A DNA stretch of 64,000 nt from Calditrichales bacterium (GCA_965267575.1 OZ254086.1:3232001-3296000); one strand, 5' to 3'. Shown: positions 9,288-19,172, counted from the first letter of the stretch. The notes: generated by a model from the letters alone, not told the origin. Program-made: numbers and translations.

Positions 9288-10169
9288 ATGCGTGTTTGGG
9301 CCATATCCGACCTGCATGTCGATTACGAAGAAAATATGTCGTGGATCGCGCAGCTTTCCCAGAGCGACTACAGCGACGATGTGTTGCTTGTGGCCGGTGA
9401 TATAAGCGATGATATCGGGCTGATGGAACGGGCGTTGAGCCTGCTTATGAAACGTTTTGGACGCGTCTTCTTTGTACCCGGCAATCACGACTTGTGGGTG
9501 CGTAAAGGTGACGTCGCCGATTCCGTGGAAAAATTCTACAGTGTGCTTAACTGCTGCGCCAAAGTGGATGTGGCGACGGAGCCGGAGTTTATAGCCTGTG
9601 ATGAAAACGGCGTTACGATCGTGCCGTTGTTCGCGTGGTACGTAAAACCGGAAGAAGGTGATGACAGCCTTTTTCTGCCCAAACCGGGCGAGGATCCTTC
9701 GCTGGGCATGTGGGTAGATAATTACGCCACCAGCTGGCCGGAGATGAACGGCCATGAAAATGTGGCGGACATGTTTTTATCGATGAACCGGCAAAAGATA
9801 AATGGTCCGCTGCAGGGCACAGTGATCAGTTTCAGCCATTTTCTGCCCCGCCAGGAGTTGATTTTTCCCAAAGGTTTTGTGCCCGGGAAGACGGTGACCA
9901 AATACAAAGATCCGGCGCCATCCTTCAATTTCAGCCGTGTTGCCGGCAGCACGCGCATAGACGAGCAACTGCGTGCCGCCGGTGCAAGCGCGCACATTTA
10001 TGGTCACCAGCACAGGGACCGTTATCGTGAAATCGAAGATGTTATTTATATATCCCACGGTCTGGGCTATCCCCGCGAGCGTGAGCGCAAAGGTATTAAG
10101 GACAGCGACTTTTTGCCGCTGTTGATCTGGGAGTGCACGAGCGGTTTTAAGTTCTACGAAGAATACTAA
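9288..10169 (+). CDS. Calcineurin-like metallophosphoesterase (PptH-like branch)
   Basis: SDLH, AGD, PGNHD, SHFLP and GHQH motifs; C-terminal LGYPRE. Confidence 0.85.
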   Translation: MRVWAISDLHVDYEENMSWIAQLSQSDYSDDVLLVAGDISDDIGLMERALSLLMKRFGRVFFVPGNHDLWVRKGDVADSVEKFYSVLNCCAKVDVATEPEFIACDENGVTIVPLFAWYVKPEEGDDSLFLPKPGEDPSLGMWVDNYATSWPEMNGHENVADMFLSMNRQKINGPLQGTVISFSHFLPRQELIFPKGFVPGKTVTKYKDPAPSFNFSRVAGSTRIDEQLRAAGASAHIYGHQHRDRYREIEDVIYISHGLGYPRERERKGIKDSDFLPLLIWECTSGFKFYEEY

Positions 10170-10193
10170 AATTAAATCAAGGAGATTTTTTTT

Positions 10194-11585
10194 ATGGTGC
10201 GTTCAGCTTTTTTCCTCATTCTGTTCTCGCTTTTTACTGTTGGTTTTGCCCAGGAGCAGGCGGCGAAAAATGAACATGATGCTTTTATAAAGAAAATTTA
10301 TGATCATACGCTGACCAGCGGTCAGACACATCTAATGCTAAAAGAGCTTTGCGCCATGTATCCGCACAGGCTCAGCGGTTCCGCCGGGGCCGAGGGCTCT
10401 GTGCAGTGGGCCAAAAAGCAAATGGAAGATTTTGGATTTGACCGTGTTTTCCTGCAGGAAGTAATGGTGCCGCATTGGGAACGTGGAGAAAAAGAGCAGG
10501 CTGTGATTATGCTCGAAAACGGCGAGACGATAGATTTGAGCGTGCTTGCCTTAGGGCGCTCCACGGCAACACCGGCTGAGGGTATTACCGCGGAAGTAGT
10601 TATCGCCAATCGCCATGAAGACCTGGCCGCCATGGGCCGCGAAAAGCTGCAAGGAAAGATCGTTTTTCTGGAAGAGCACTTTCCGCAGCAACATATACGA
10701 ACGGGCAGGGGCTATGGCGTCGCCGTTCGAAAGCGTAGCTCCGGTGCGTCGGAAGCCGCAAAATACGGTGCACTGGCTGTCGTGATACGCTCGGTAACCA
10801 CGGCCATGGATGACGTGCCGCATACCGGGGCCTTACGTTACGCGAAGGATGATTCCGTGCAAATTCCTGCCGGGGCATTGGGTTACCAGTCGGCCGACAA
10901 GCTGAAACAGGCCGTTCAAAACAATCCCAAAACAAAAATGTTTCTGCGCATTAACGCCCAAACCCACCCCGATAAAATGTCGCATAATGTGATCGGTGAG
11001 ATCCGCGGCAGCGTCTATCCCGATTCGATCATCATGGTTAGCGGACACCTGGACGGCTGGGATGTGGGCGACGGCGCACATGATGACGCGGCCGGTTGCA
11101 CGCACGCTTTGTCGGCGATCCGCACGCTGCAGTTGCTGGGCTATAAGCCTCGCTACACACTGCGCGTGGTAATGTATATGAATGAGGAAAATGGCCTTAA
11201 AGGCGCCTATGCCTACGCCGACAGCGCTGTGGCCAAAGGTGAAAAACACGTACTGGCAATGGAATCGGACGCCGGAGGCTTTACGCCGCGTGGATTTGGA
11301 TTTTCGGGCAAGGCGTCAAGTCTGGAAAAGCTGCGTGGTTTTCTTGATTACTTTCCGCAATATACGATTGATTTTATTTTGGATGGCGGTGGCGGCGCCG
11401 ATGTTAACCGTCTGCGCGATGCCGACGGCACACCGACCATGGGCTATGTCCCGGATTCACAGCGCTATTTCGATTTTCATCATTCGCCGGCCGATGTTTT
11501 TGAGGCGGTCAATCGCCGCGAACTGGAACTGGGCACAGCATCTATGGCCACAATGGTGTATTTGATAGACCAGATGGGCTTGTAG
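10194..11585 (+). CDS. M28 family metallopeptidase (carboxypeptidase Q-like, PA domain)
   Basis: Signal peptide; RLSGS, GHLDGWD, GAHDD, NEENG, ESD and HHSPAD motifs. Confidence 0.9.
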   Translation: MVRSAFFLILFSLFTVGFAQEQAAKNEHDAFIKKIYDHTLTSGQTHLMLKELCAMYPHRLSGSAGAEGSVQWAKKQMEDFGFDRVFLQEVMVPHWERGEKEQAVIMLENGETIDLSVLALGRSTATPAEGITAEVVIANRHEDLAAMGREKLQGKIVFLEEHFPQQHIRTGRGYGVAVRKRSSGASEAAKYGALAVVIRSVTTAMDDVPHTGALRYAKDDSVQIPAGALGYQSADKLKQAVQNNPKTKMFLRINAQTHPDKMSHNVIGEIRGSVYPDSIIMVSGHLDGWDVGDGAHDDAAGCTHALSAIRTLQLLGYKPRYTLRVVMYMNEENGLKGAYAYADSAVAKGEKHVLAMESDAGGFTPRGFGFSGKASSLEKLRGFLDYFPQYTIDFILDGGGGADVNRLRDADGTPTMGYVPDSQRYFDFHHSPADVFEAVNRRELELGTASMATMVYLIDQMGL

Positions 11586-11592
11586 CGGAAGA

Positions 11593-11670
11593 GTGAATTG
11601 GTGAGTCGGTGGATTACTGAATTATTGAAGATATCCATCAATTCATCAATTCACCATTCCATTAATTTAA
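11593..11670. repeat. Inverted array of degenerate 8-mer tandem repeats (nTGAATTn)
   Basis: GTGAATTG GTGAGTCG GTGGATTA CTGAATTA TTGAAGAT, then reverse-complement units CAATTCAT CAATTCAC CATTCCAT TAATTTAA. Confidence 0.75.
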
Positions 11671-11679
11671 TATTTTCCT

Positions 11680-11940
11680 TTATTTGGCCTGCTCCCAGGG
11701 AATACCCATATCAATAAGCATTACCGGGATACCGTCATCCACACGGTAAACGGTCTTTTGGTCTTTGGTGATCAGACCGTCGTCGAGCTGTTCCGGTACG
11801 ACCTCGCCGCTCACATAGCGGATGTGTCCTTTGCGTACTTTCTCGTTGAGTGCTTTCAATTCTTTTTCTTCCATCTGCCGCACTTCAACTTTTGTCTTGG
11901 GGCAGCAGAGAATTTCCAGCAATTCTTTATCGATGGGCAT
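11680..11940 (-). CDS. Trm112/UPF0434-like small protein
   Basis: MPIDKELLEILCCP...YRVDDGIPVML pattern; AAAGGA RBS upstream of 11940. Confidence 0.8.
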   Translation of the reverse strand: MPIDKELLEILCCPKTKVEVRQMEEKELKALNEKVRKGHIRYVSGEVVPEQLDDGLITKDQKTVYRVDDGIPVMLIDMGIPWEQAK

Positions 11941-11951
11941 AGGTGTTCCTT

Positions 11952-12374
11952 TCAATGACTACATTCGTCGCACAGGCCTTCGGCGTTTACGACGATATGA
12001 TCGAGCTTGAAACCTGTGGGCAGGTCGATATGAATATTTTCGGTTGTATCCAGGCAGAACAGGTGGCCGCAACGGTTACATTTAAAATGTAAGTGTTCAT
12101 GCTCCGCTTCATCATGATGAGAACCTGCGTCGCTCAGCATAAATTTACTGACACCGTCGTCATCTACAACTTTATGAATAATGGCCTTTTCTTCCAGCGT
12201 ATGCAGCGTCCGGTACAGTGTAACCCTGTTAAAAAGGGCTCCGAATTCGCTTTCGATATCGGCGTGGGAGAGGGCATGGCTGCAGCGCTCCAAAAGCTCG
12301 ATAACCGCCATACGTACCGGCGTCGGGCGGATGCTTTTTTCTTCCAGCGACTGCTTAAGGTCTTGTTTTTTCAT
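11952..12374 (-). CDS. Fur-family metalloregulator (Zur/Fur-like)
   Basis: RPTPVR, VTLYRTL helix-turn-helix, HEHLHFKCNRCG and C-terminal GLCDEC. Confidence 0.9.
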   Translation of the reverse strand: MKKQDLKQSLEEKSIRPTPVRMAVIELLERCSHALSHADIESEFGALFNRVTLYRTLHTLEEKAIIHKVVDDDGVSKFMLSDAGSHHDEAEHEHLHFKCNRCGHLFCLDTTENIHIDLPTGFKLDHIVVNAEGLCDECSH

Positions 12375-12396
12375 CCTGCTAATTTTTTTGTAAAAA

Positions 12397-12455
12397 TATA
12401 TTGCAACTCAGTTGCATTAAAAAATCCGGTCTTGTATATTGCAACTCAGTTGCAA
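12397..12455. promoter_or_regulatory. Two perfect 7-1-7 palindromic operators (TGCAACT-C-AGTTGCA)
   Basis: The 20-mer TATATTGCAACTCAGTTGCA occurs at 12397-12416 and 12435-12454 in the divergent fur/merC-like intergenic region. Confidence 0.85.
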
Positions 12456-12493
12456 GTTAATACGAGTCATTTACTTTTTCAAGAATATTCAAA

Positions 12494-12919
12494 ATGCATT
12501 CTTTCCTTAAATTTCTGCCCACCCATCTTTTGGACCGTTTTGGTATGTCGGCGTCGTTTTTGTGCGCCGTCCATTGTACAGTCTTGCCTTTCCTGGTGCC
12601 GCTTATGGCGATCAGTGGTTTCGGCTTTTTATGGCAGCCGGCCTTTGAGATTTTTATGATCGTCTTTGCGCTGGTTGTCGGCGGACTTTCGCTTGGCAGC
12701 GGCTATCTGCATAAGCACCATAAAAAATATCCGCTTTTTTTGCTGCTGGGTGGCATTGCCGTTTTGCTGCTTACCAAACTCTGGCCGCATCACCATGATT
12801 CTTTTCTGCATCCGCTGGAGATCGCGGCGTTGGTGACCGGCGCTGCTATGATCATTGCGGCGCACGTGTCCAATTCACGGCTCAGCCGCCACTGTCCGGC
12901 CTGTTCCTGTAAGCATTAA
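12494..12919 (+). CDS. MerC-domain membrane protein (putative metal transporter)
   Basis: LDRFGMSASFLCAVHC signature; 4 hydrophobic segments; His-rich loops; C-terminal HCPACSCKH. Confidence 0.85.
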   Translation: MHSFLKFLPTHLLDRFGMSASFLCAVHCTVLPFLVPLMAISGFGFLWQPAFEIFMIVFALVVGGLSLGSGYLHKHHKKYPLFLLLGGIAVLLLTKLWPHHHDSFLHPLEIAALVTGAAMIIAAHVSNSRLSRHCPACSCKH

Positions 12920-12933
12920 GCTCAGCGGCAATG

Positions 12934-12965
12934 TTGAATTGCTGAATTACTGAATTTTTGAATTA
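12934..12965. repeat. Four tandem 8-mer repeats (yTGAATTn)
   Basis: TTGAATTG CTGAATTA CTGAATTT TTGAATTA. Confidence 0.7.
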
Positions 12966-13154
12966 TTGCTTTAGGCACGTTTCCCTAATCTTCGCTTTTA
13001 CTTTAATCTGGCTTCGTAGCAAGCATTAAAATATAGTGGATTGTTTTAGGCTTTCATTTTAGTTTTTGACTGATGCTGTTTTTTGTTGCTACAGGAACAG
13101 CGTTTTTCTTTTTACTTTTTTCTTGACTAAACGACACTCAACAAGGAGGCTCCC

Positions 13155-16100
13155 GTGCGATTGTTTCGTATCACCCTCATATTTATGCTTTTGGCATCCG
13201 CTTTCGCGCAGGCTAATGATAATCTGCTGAACAGCACGACATTAAATGGCCTGTCTTTCCGGCTTATTGGTCCTGCCTTAACCGCCGGCCGTATCTCGGA
13301 CCTGGCCGTAGATCCCGGCAATCACAAGCGCTTTTTTGTAGCCGTGGCATCCGGTGGTGTATGGTACACTGATAACGGCGGTACAACTTTCCAGCCCGTT
13401 TTTGACAACGAAGGCTCCTATTCCATTGGCTGTGTGACCATCGATCCGAATAACCCGCTTGTTGTTTGGGTGGGCACAGGCGAAAACAACAGCCAGCGCA
13501 GCGTTTCCTATGGTGACGGCGTTTACAAATCCATCGACGGCGGCAAAAGCTGGACGCATATGGGGTTAAAGCAATCTGAGCACGTTGCCAAAATTCTGGT
13601 GGACCCGCGCAATTCTGACGTGGTCTATGTGGCATCGCAGGGGCCGTTGTGGAACAGCGGCGGTGACCGCGGGCTTTATAAAAGCAGCGATGCTGGAGCA
13701 ACCTGGAAGAGCATTCTACCGGTTGACGAACATACCGGCGTTAGTGATATCGTTTTTGATCCGCGCGATCCTGACGTTATTTACGCCACCACCTATCAGC
13801 GCCGGCGCCACGTGTGGACGCTGATCAACGGCGGACCGGGATCGGGCATTCATAAATCTACCGATGGCGGCAAAACCTGGAAAGAGCTGACCAAAGGCCT
13901 GCCGTCGGCCGATATGGGACGAATTGGTTTGGCAGTTTCGCCCGCCGACCCCGATGTGGTTTACGCCATCGTGGAAGCTCAGCACGAACAGCAGGGCTTT
14001 TACCGCAGCACGGATGCCGGTGAAAACTGGGAAAAACGCAACAGCTATATCAGCGGATCGCCGCAGTACTACCAGGAAATAGTTGCCGACCCGGTGGACG
14101 TGGACCGCGTCTACAGCCTGGATACCTGGACAATGGTAACCGTGGATGGCGGTAAAACATTCAGTAAGCTGGGTGAACTTTACAAACACGTGGACAACCA
14201 CGCCTGGTGGATAGATCCGGAAGATCCCGAACATATGCTCAGCGGCAATGACGGCGGCTTATATGAATCTTTCGACCGCGGCGAAACCTGGCGCTTTTTC
14301 CCGAATATGCCCATCACTCAGTTTTACCGTGCCACGCCGGATAACGATCTGCCATTTTATAATGTCTATGGCGGCACGCAGGATAATTTTACGCTGGGCG
14401 GTCCATCGCGCACTACATCGGCCAATGGCATCAACAACCGCGACTGGTTTGTAACGCTGGGCGGCGACGGATTCAAGTCGCAGATCGATCCGCAAAATCC
14501 TGATATTATTTACTCGCAATACCAGTATGGTGGTTTAGCGCGTTTTGACAGAAAAAGCGGCGAACGCATTTACATCCAGCCGCAGCCCGGCAAGAACGAA
14601 GCACCCCTGCGCTGGAACTGGGATTCACCGTTGATCATCAGTCCGCACAACCCGGCCAGGCTCTACTACGCCGCCAACATACTATTCCGCAGCGATGACC
14701 GCGGCAACTCCTGGAAAGCTGTAAGCCCCGACCTGACACGCCAGATCGATCGCAACAGGCTGAAAGTGATGGATAAAGTCTGGAGTGTTGATGCGGTGGC
14801 CAAGAACAACTCCACCTCCTTTTTTGGCAATATTGTTTCGCTGGATGAGTCGCCTTTGCAGGAGGGTTTGCTTTACACAGGCAGCGATGACGGACTTATA
14901 CAGGTAAGCGAAAACGGCGGTGACAGCTGGCGCAAAATTGAAAAAGTGGGCAAGGTGCCGGAAATGACCTACGTCAGCGACTTGCTGGCTTCACGCCATA
15001 ATGCCTCCACGGTTTATGCCACATTCGATAACCACAAAATGGGTGATTTTAAACCCTACGTTTACAAAAGTACGGATCGTGGCAAAAGCTGGTCCGATAT
15101 TTCTGCCAACCTGCCGGCAAAAGGCACGGTGTACACCATCACTGAAGATCATGTCGATCCAAGCCTGCTGTTTGTCGGAACTGAGTATGGCGTCTTTTTC
15201 AGCAGTGACGGCGGTAAGCAGTGGACGCAGCTAAAAGGCGGTATTCCCGTCATTGCTGTGCGTGACCTGGAAATTCAGCGCCGTGAGAATGATCTGGTTG
15301 CGGCAACTTTTGGCCGCGGCATTTATATCCTGGACGATTACAGCGCTCTGCGCGGGCTGACGGAGCAGAAGCTGCAACAACCGGCTCAGCTTTTTCCCGT
15401 GCGCAAGGCATTGATGTACATGGAGACTGTGGAACTTGGTCTGCCGGATAAATCGTTCCAGGGAGATGGTTTTTATGTGGCCGAAAATCCACCCTTTGGA
15501 GCGGTATTTACCTACTATCTTAAAGAAGGGTTAAAGACGCTGAAGCAGGAGCGCCGTGAGCAGGAAAGCAAACGAAAAGATAACCCTTATCCCGGCTGGG
15601 ACGAGCTGCGCAAGGAAGCACGGGAAGAAGCACCAAAAATTATCCTTACCGTGCGTAACAGCGATGGCGATATTGTGCGTCGCATAGAAGGCGCGACTAC
15701 CGCCGGCTTCCACCGCGTTGCCTGGGATCTGCGCTATCCGCCGGCCGATCCGGTTAGCCTGAGACCCTTCCCGACAGACAACCCGTTTGCCAGCGCGCCG
15801 ATGGGGCCGCTTGCTGCACCGGGCCGTTACACGGTTTCCCTGGAGAAAAACGTTCGTGATAATTATGAAATGCTGGCCGGTCCGATTGAGTTTGTCACCG
15901 AGCCTCTGAATAACGCAACTCTGCCTGCCCCTAATCTGCCGGAGCTGCTGGCCTTCCAGGAAAAAACCGCCGCCCTGCAGCGTGCCGTGCTAGGCGCTTC
16001 CCAGGTTGCCGATGAGGCAGCGAACCGCATCAACCATTTAAAGAAAGCTTTGTTTGATACGCCGGCGGATACGCGTGAACTCCAGAAACGCCTGCGCCAG

Positions 16101-16409
16101 ATCGAGCTTGATATGGTCGGTTTACTTGAAGAGCTGGAAGGTGACCGGGTTGTTCGCGGTTACAGCGAGCCGGTTGCGCCTTCGATCATTAGCCGCGTGC
16201 AGGAGATCGTTTACGGGCACTGGTCCAGCACATCCGAGGTTACGGAGACATTCCGAGAAAACTACCGCATAGCGACGGAGCAGTTTGAAGAGGTCTGGCC
16301 GCAACTGAAAGCGCTTATCGCCACAGATCTGGTGGCTATCGAACAAGAAGCCGAAGCACTGGGCGCGCCCATTACACCGGGACGCATGCCGGAATGGAAC
16401 CGTAAATAA
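13155..16409 (+). CDS. VPS10/sortilin-like BNR (Asp-box) repeat beta-propeller protein
   Basis: AAGGAGG RBS, GTG start, signal peptide, many SxDGGxxW Asp-boxes. Confidence 0.9.
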   Translation: MRLFRITLIFMLLASAFAQANDNLLNSTTLNGLSFRLIGPALTAGRISDLAVDPGNHKRFFVAVASGGVWYTDNGGTTFQPVFDNEGSYSIGCVTIDPNNPLVVWVGTGENNSQRSVSYGDGVYKSIDGGKSWTHMGLKQSEHVAKILVDPRNSDVVYVASQGPLWNSGGDRGLYKSSDAGATWKSILPVDEHTGVSDIVFDPRDPDVIYATTYQRRRHVWTLINGGPGSGIHKSTDGGKTWKELTKGLPSADMGRIGLAVSPADPDVVYAIVEAQHEQQGFYRSTDAGENWEKRNSYISGSPQYYQEIVADPVDVDRVYSLDTWTMVTVDGGKTFSKLGELYKHVDNHAWWIDPEDPEHMLSGNDGGLYESFDRGETWRFFPNMPITQFYRATPDNDLPFYNVYGGTQDNFTLGGPSRTTSANGINNRDWFVTLGGDGFKSQIDPQNPDIIYSQYQYGGLARFDRKSGERIYIQPQPGKNEAPLRWNWDSPLIISPHNPARLYYAANILFRSDDRGNSWKAVSPDLTRQIDRNRLKVMDKVWSVDAVAKNNSTSFFGNIVSLDESPLQEGLLYTGSDDGLIQVSENGGDSWRKIEKVGKVPEMTYVSDLLASRHNASTVYATFDNHKMGDFKPYVYKSTDRGKSWSDISANLPAKGTVYTITEDHVDPSLLFVGTEYGVFFSSDGGKQWTQLKGGIPVIAVRDLEIQRRENDLVAATFGRGIYILDDYSALRGLTEQKLQQPAQLFPVRKALMYMETVELGLPDKSFQGDGFYVAENPPFGAVFTYYLKEGLKTLKQERREQESKRKDNPYPGWDELRKEAREEAPKIILTVRNSDGDIVRRIEGATTAGFHRVAWDLRYPPADPVSLRPFPTDNPFASAPMGPLAAPGRYTVSLEKNVRDNYEMLAGPIEFVTEPLNNATLPAPNLPELLAFQEKTAALQRAVLGASQVADEAANRINHLKKALFDTPADTRELQKRLRQIELDMVGLLEELEGDRVVRGYSEPVAPSIISRVQEIVYGHWSSTSEVTETFRENYRIATEQFEEVWPQLKALIATDLVAIEQEAEALGAPITPGRMPEWNRK

Positions 16410-16426
16410 TTGAACATGAGCCGTAG

Positions 16427-16456
16427 GCGGGGAGAACGATCTCTCCGCTTTTTTTT
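16427..16456 (+). terminator. Rho-independent terminator
   Basis: GCGGGGAGA-ACGA-TCTCTCCGC followed by T8. Confidence 0.8.
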
Positions 16457-16519
16457 ATTATTGACGTTGTCTTGTTGTTGATTTTAGCCGGGGCCGCACT
16501 AAATTAGACCTTACCGCGC

Positions 16520-16592
<73 letters not shown>

Positions 16593-16621
16593 CAGCTTTG
16601 AATTCAAAAACGGGAGGCGTT

Positions 16622-17131
16622 ATGCAAAAAGTCATCGAGAATTTCGAAGAAGCCATCGAGACTGCCGCAGACCGTTTACGCCACATACCGGACGCTGATG
16701 CCGGCCTTAAACCCATGCCCGATAAATGGTCTGCCAAGGAAATCCTCGGCCACCTTATCGATTCTTCGATAAACAACCACCGCCGTTTTGTGCTGGCGCA
16801 GCTTAAAGATGATTTGATCTTTGAGGGATATGATCAGGATAGTTGGGTAAGGACCCAAAAATACCATGACATGTCGTGGCGCTTCCTTGTTGAGGTCTGG
16901 ACCATGCACAACCGCCACCTGCTCCACCTGATCCGCGTTATTCCGGGTCCCGTGCTTTCGCGTAAGCACAATAACCATAATTATGATGAGATCGCCTGGC
17001 GCAGGGTAAAGAAAGAGAATGCTGTAACACTCGAATACCTGATCAGGGATTACATCGGGCACATGCAGCATCATCTGAATCAAATTTACCTTGTCGCTAA
17101 AAACGGAGATGTATCGATAAATGTAACCTGA
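16622..17131 (+). CDS. DinB/YfiT-like metalloprotein
   Basis: GGAGG RBS before ATG 16622; KWSAKEILGHL, YDQD and HMQHH motifs. Confidence 0.85.
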   Translation: MQKVIENFEEAIETAADRLRHIPDADAGLKPMPDKWSAKEILGHLIDSSINNHRRFVLAQLKDDLIFEGYDQDSWVRTQKYHDMSWRFLVEVWTMHNRHLLHLIRVIPGPVLSRKHNNHNYDEIAWRRVKKENAVTLEYLIRDYIGHMQHHLNQIYLVAKNGDVSINVT

Positions 17132-17146
17132 CTGAAAGGAGTCCTG

Positions 17147-17692
17147 ATGCGCCGGTTTGTCCTTCTGCTGTTGCCGCTGTTATTCCTCTCCTGCGCCGCG
17201 GAACGGAAAGATCCGCACCTTGAGCCACAACAAGATCAGCCATACGGCGTCTTTGCTTTTCAAAAAGAGGTGACGCTGCCCGGCGTGCCGACGGTTATTT
17301 TTGATGCGATCACCGGCGATATCAGCGGTTGGTGGGATCACTCTTTTTCGGAAAATCCATACAAATTCTACATTGAGCCCAGGCCCGGCGGCGGGTTTTA
17401 TGAAATCTTTGATGAAAGCGGCGATGGTGTTTTGCATGCCACCGTAATCGCGGCACAGCGCGGCAAGTTGCTGCGTTTTGACGGGCCGCTTGGTCTTGCC
17501 GGAAGGGCCGTACAGGTTGTAACTACCTATACTTTTGAACCGGCCGGAGAAGATTCCACAAAACTGCAGGTAAATGTGCATTCATCCGGAGAGATTGATC
17601 AAAAAACAGCCGATGTGGTGGAGCGCGTCTGGGAGCACTTTATATTCGAACGGTTTGAACCCTATATCAAAGAGGGCAGGCATCTGGAATAA
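17147..17692 (+). CDS. SRPBCC/AHSA1-like lipoprotein
   Basis: Lipobox FLSC; FDAIT..ISGWW, EPRPGGGF and LRFDGPLG motifs. Confidence 0.75.
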   Translation: MRRFVLLLLPLLFLSCAAERKDPHLEPQQDQPYGVFAFQKEVTLPGVPTVIFDAITGDISGWWDHSFSENPYKFYIEPRPGGGFYEIFDESGDGVLHATVIAAQRGKLLRFDGPLGLAGRAVQVVTTYTFEPAGEDSTKLQVNVHSSGEIDQKTADVVERVWEHFIFERFEPYIKEGRHLE

Positions 17693-17707
17693 TAAATACC
17701 GGGTAAT

Positions 17708-17740
17708 AAAAAAAGGCCGTCCAAATGGGCGGCCTTTTTT
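17708..17740. terminator. Bidirectional terminator between convergent genes
   Basis: A7-GGCCGTCC-AAAT-GGGCGGCC-T6. Confidence 0.85.
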
Positions 17741-17758
17741 GTTTATGGCTCAGGGAGG

Positions 17759-18238
17759 TCAGTTGTTGTAGCGGCAGTTTCCGCAATTGTTATAGCCCCT
17801 GCCGTGATGGCCTTTGCCATGGCCGTGTCCGCGGCCCATGCCACGGGGACGGCTGTCAAACACCACTCTTTGTTCATCGGTGAGTACCGAGCGGACCTGC
17901 TGATGATGGGCGGCGCGCTGCTTGGCCATCTGTGTTTTAATAGCGCTGATTTCATCGATCAGGCCGTTGATGGCTTTCATGTCCGCTTTTTCCGCCGACT
18001 GCAGCGTCATCAGCCGCGCTTTCTTTTCCTGCAGCGTATTGCGCAGTGGCAGCATTGTTTTCAGGTTTTCCGCGCGGAGTGTTTCGATTTGCTCTTTTTG
18101 GTCATCCGTCAGACCTGGCAAGTTTAAAGGCCCCTGTCCATAGCCCTGGTGTCCTTCGCCATAGCGCGGTCCTTTTTGCGCAAATGCGGCTCCAAGGCCG
18201 ATCAGGATAACTAAAGCGGTTACTGTAAGTCGTTTCAT
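17759..18238 (-). CDS. Spy/CpxP/ZraP-family periplasmic protein
   Basis: Signal peptide; two LTxxQ motifs (LTDDQ, LTDEQ); Gly/His-rich tail. Confidence 0.85.
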   Translation of the reverse strand: MKRLTVTALVILIGLGAAFAQKGPRYGEGHQGYGQGPLNLPGLTDDQKEQIETLRAENLKTMLPLRNTLQEKKARLMTLQSAEKADMKAINGLIDEISAIKTQMAKQRAAHHQQVRSVLTDEQRVVFDSRPRGMGRGHGHGKGHHGRGYNNCGNCRYNN

Positions 18239-18334
18239 TTTTGGCTCCTTTGGATTAGGTTGTGTATTGTTGTTTCTATATCATTAAACAAACGACTATG
18301 TTAATTCTTGCACTTTTTTAATACGGAGAATTTT

Positions 18335-19024
18335 TTGCACTACAAATACATCATTTTTGATGCCGACGGCACATTGTGGGACTTTGAAAGCGCTCAGTCC
18401 CAGGCTTTGCGGGGATTGTTTGAGGCTCTGCAGATAAACTGGAAAAACGACTTTGAAGATGTGTACAAAATTGTAAATAAAAAAATATGGGGTGAGCTGG
18501 AAAAGGGGTTAATCGCGCCGAATGAATTATCGGAAGAGCGCTTTCGCCGCTATTTTGGTGCACTTAACCATAAGGTAGAGGCCGCCGAAGCCAGCCGCCT
18601 TTTTCTGCACTATCTTAGCAAGGGGCGCGGCCTTATCGACGGAAGTCAGGATGTGCTGCGTTTTCTTCAGCAAAAGGGTTGCCGCATGCTGCTCCTTACA
18701 AACGGCCTTAAATCCGTGCAGAGGCCACGACATGAACAATCACCAATAAAAACTTTTTTTGAAGATATTGTCATTTCCGAAGAGGTGGGCGTGGCTAAAC
18801 CCGATCCTTATATTTTTGAAGTTGCTTTTAAAAAACTGGGCAACCCGCACAAGAGAGAGGTGCTGATGGTGGGTGACAATCCCTCTTCGGATATAAAAGG
18901 CGGCATGGATTATGGAACAGATACCTGTTTTTACAATCCGGCCGGTTTGGCAATCCCGGAAAAAATAAAAGCCACTTACACCATCTGTAAGCTGGATGAA
19001 ATCAAAAATATTGTTGACAAATGA
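18335..19024 (+). CDS. yjjG: YjjG-family HAD nucleotidase
   Basis: FDADGTL, TNG, KPDP and VGDNPSSDI motifs. TTG start chosen after a GGAG RBS; start uncertain. Confidence 0.85.
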   Translation: MHYKYIIFDADGTLWDFESAQSQALRGLFEALQINWKNDFEDVYKIVNKKIWGELEKGLIAPNELSEERFRRYFGALNHKVEAAEASRLFLHYLSKGRGLIDGSQDVLRFLQQKGCRMLLLTNGLKSVQRPRHEQSPIKTFFEDIVISEEVGVAKPDPYIFEVAFKKLGNPHKREVLMVGDNPSSDIKGGMDYGTDTCFYNPAGLAIPEKIKATYTICKLDEIKNIVDK

Positions 19025-19172
19025 AACGATTGGCCAGGGAGGACGTATTCTTCTGAAAAACAGACTATTGGCCGCCATCCTCCTGAGCCATGGTCTTTTT
19101 AGCCGGAGAATCAGACATCCGCACATGTCTCGGTTCTGCCGGCTTTTTTTGTTTACTGCCATTGTCGTTTCA
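19022..19172 (+). ncRNA. Putative structured leader/attenuator RNA containing a terminator hairpin
   Basis: Outer stem TGAAACGA/TCGTTTCA; stem 19031-19044 with 19077-19090; long hairpin 19101-19144 followed by a T tract. Confidence 0.4.

Noticed and set aside
11593..11670. CRISPR array
   Set aside because: 8-bp degenerate units without spacers; no cas genes.
12494..12919. Mercury resistance operon
   Set aside because: Only a MerC-like domain; no merR, merA, merT or merP in the window.
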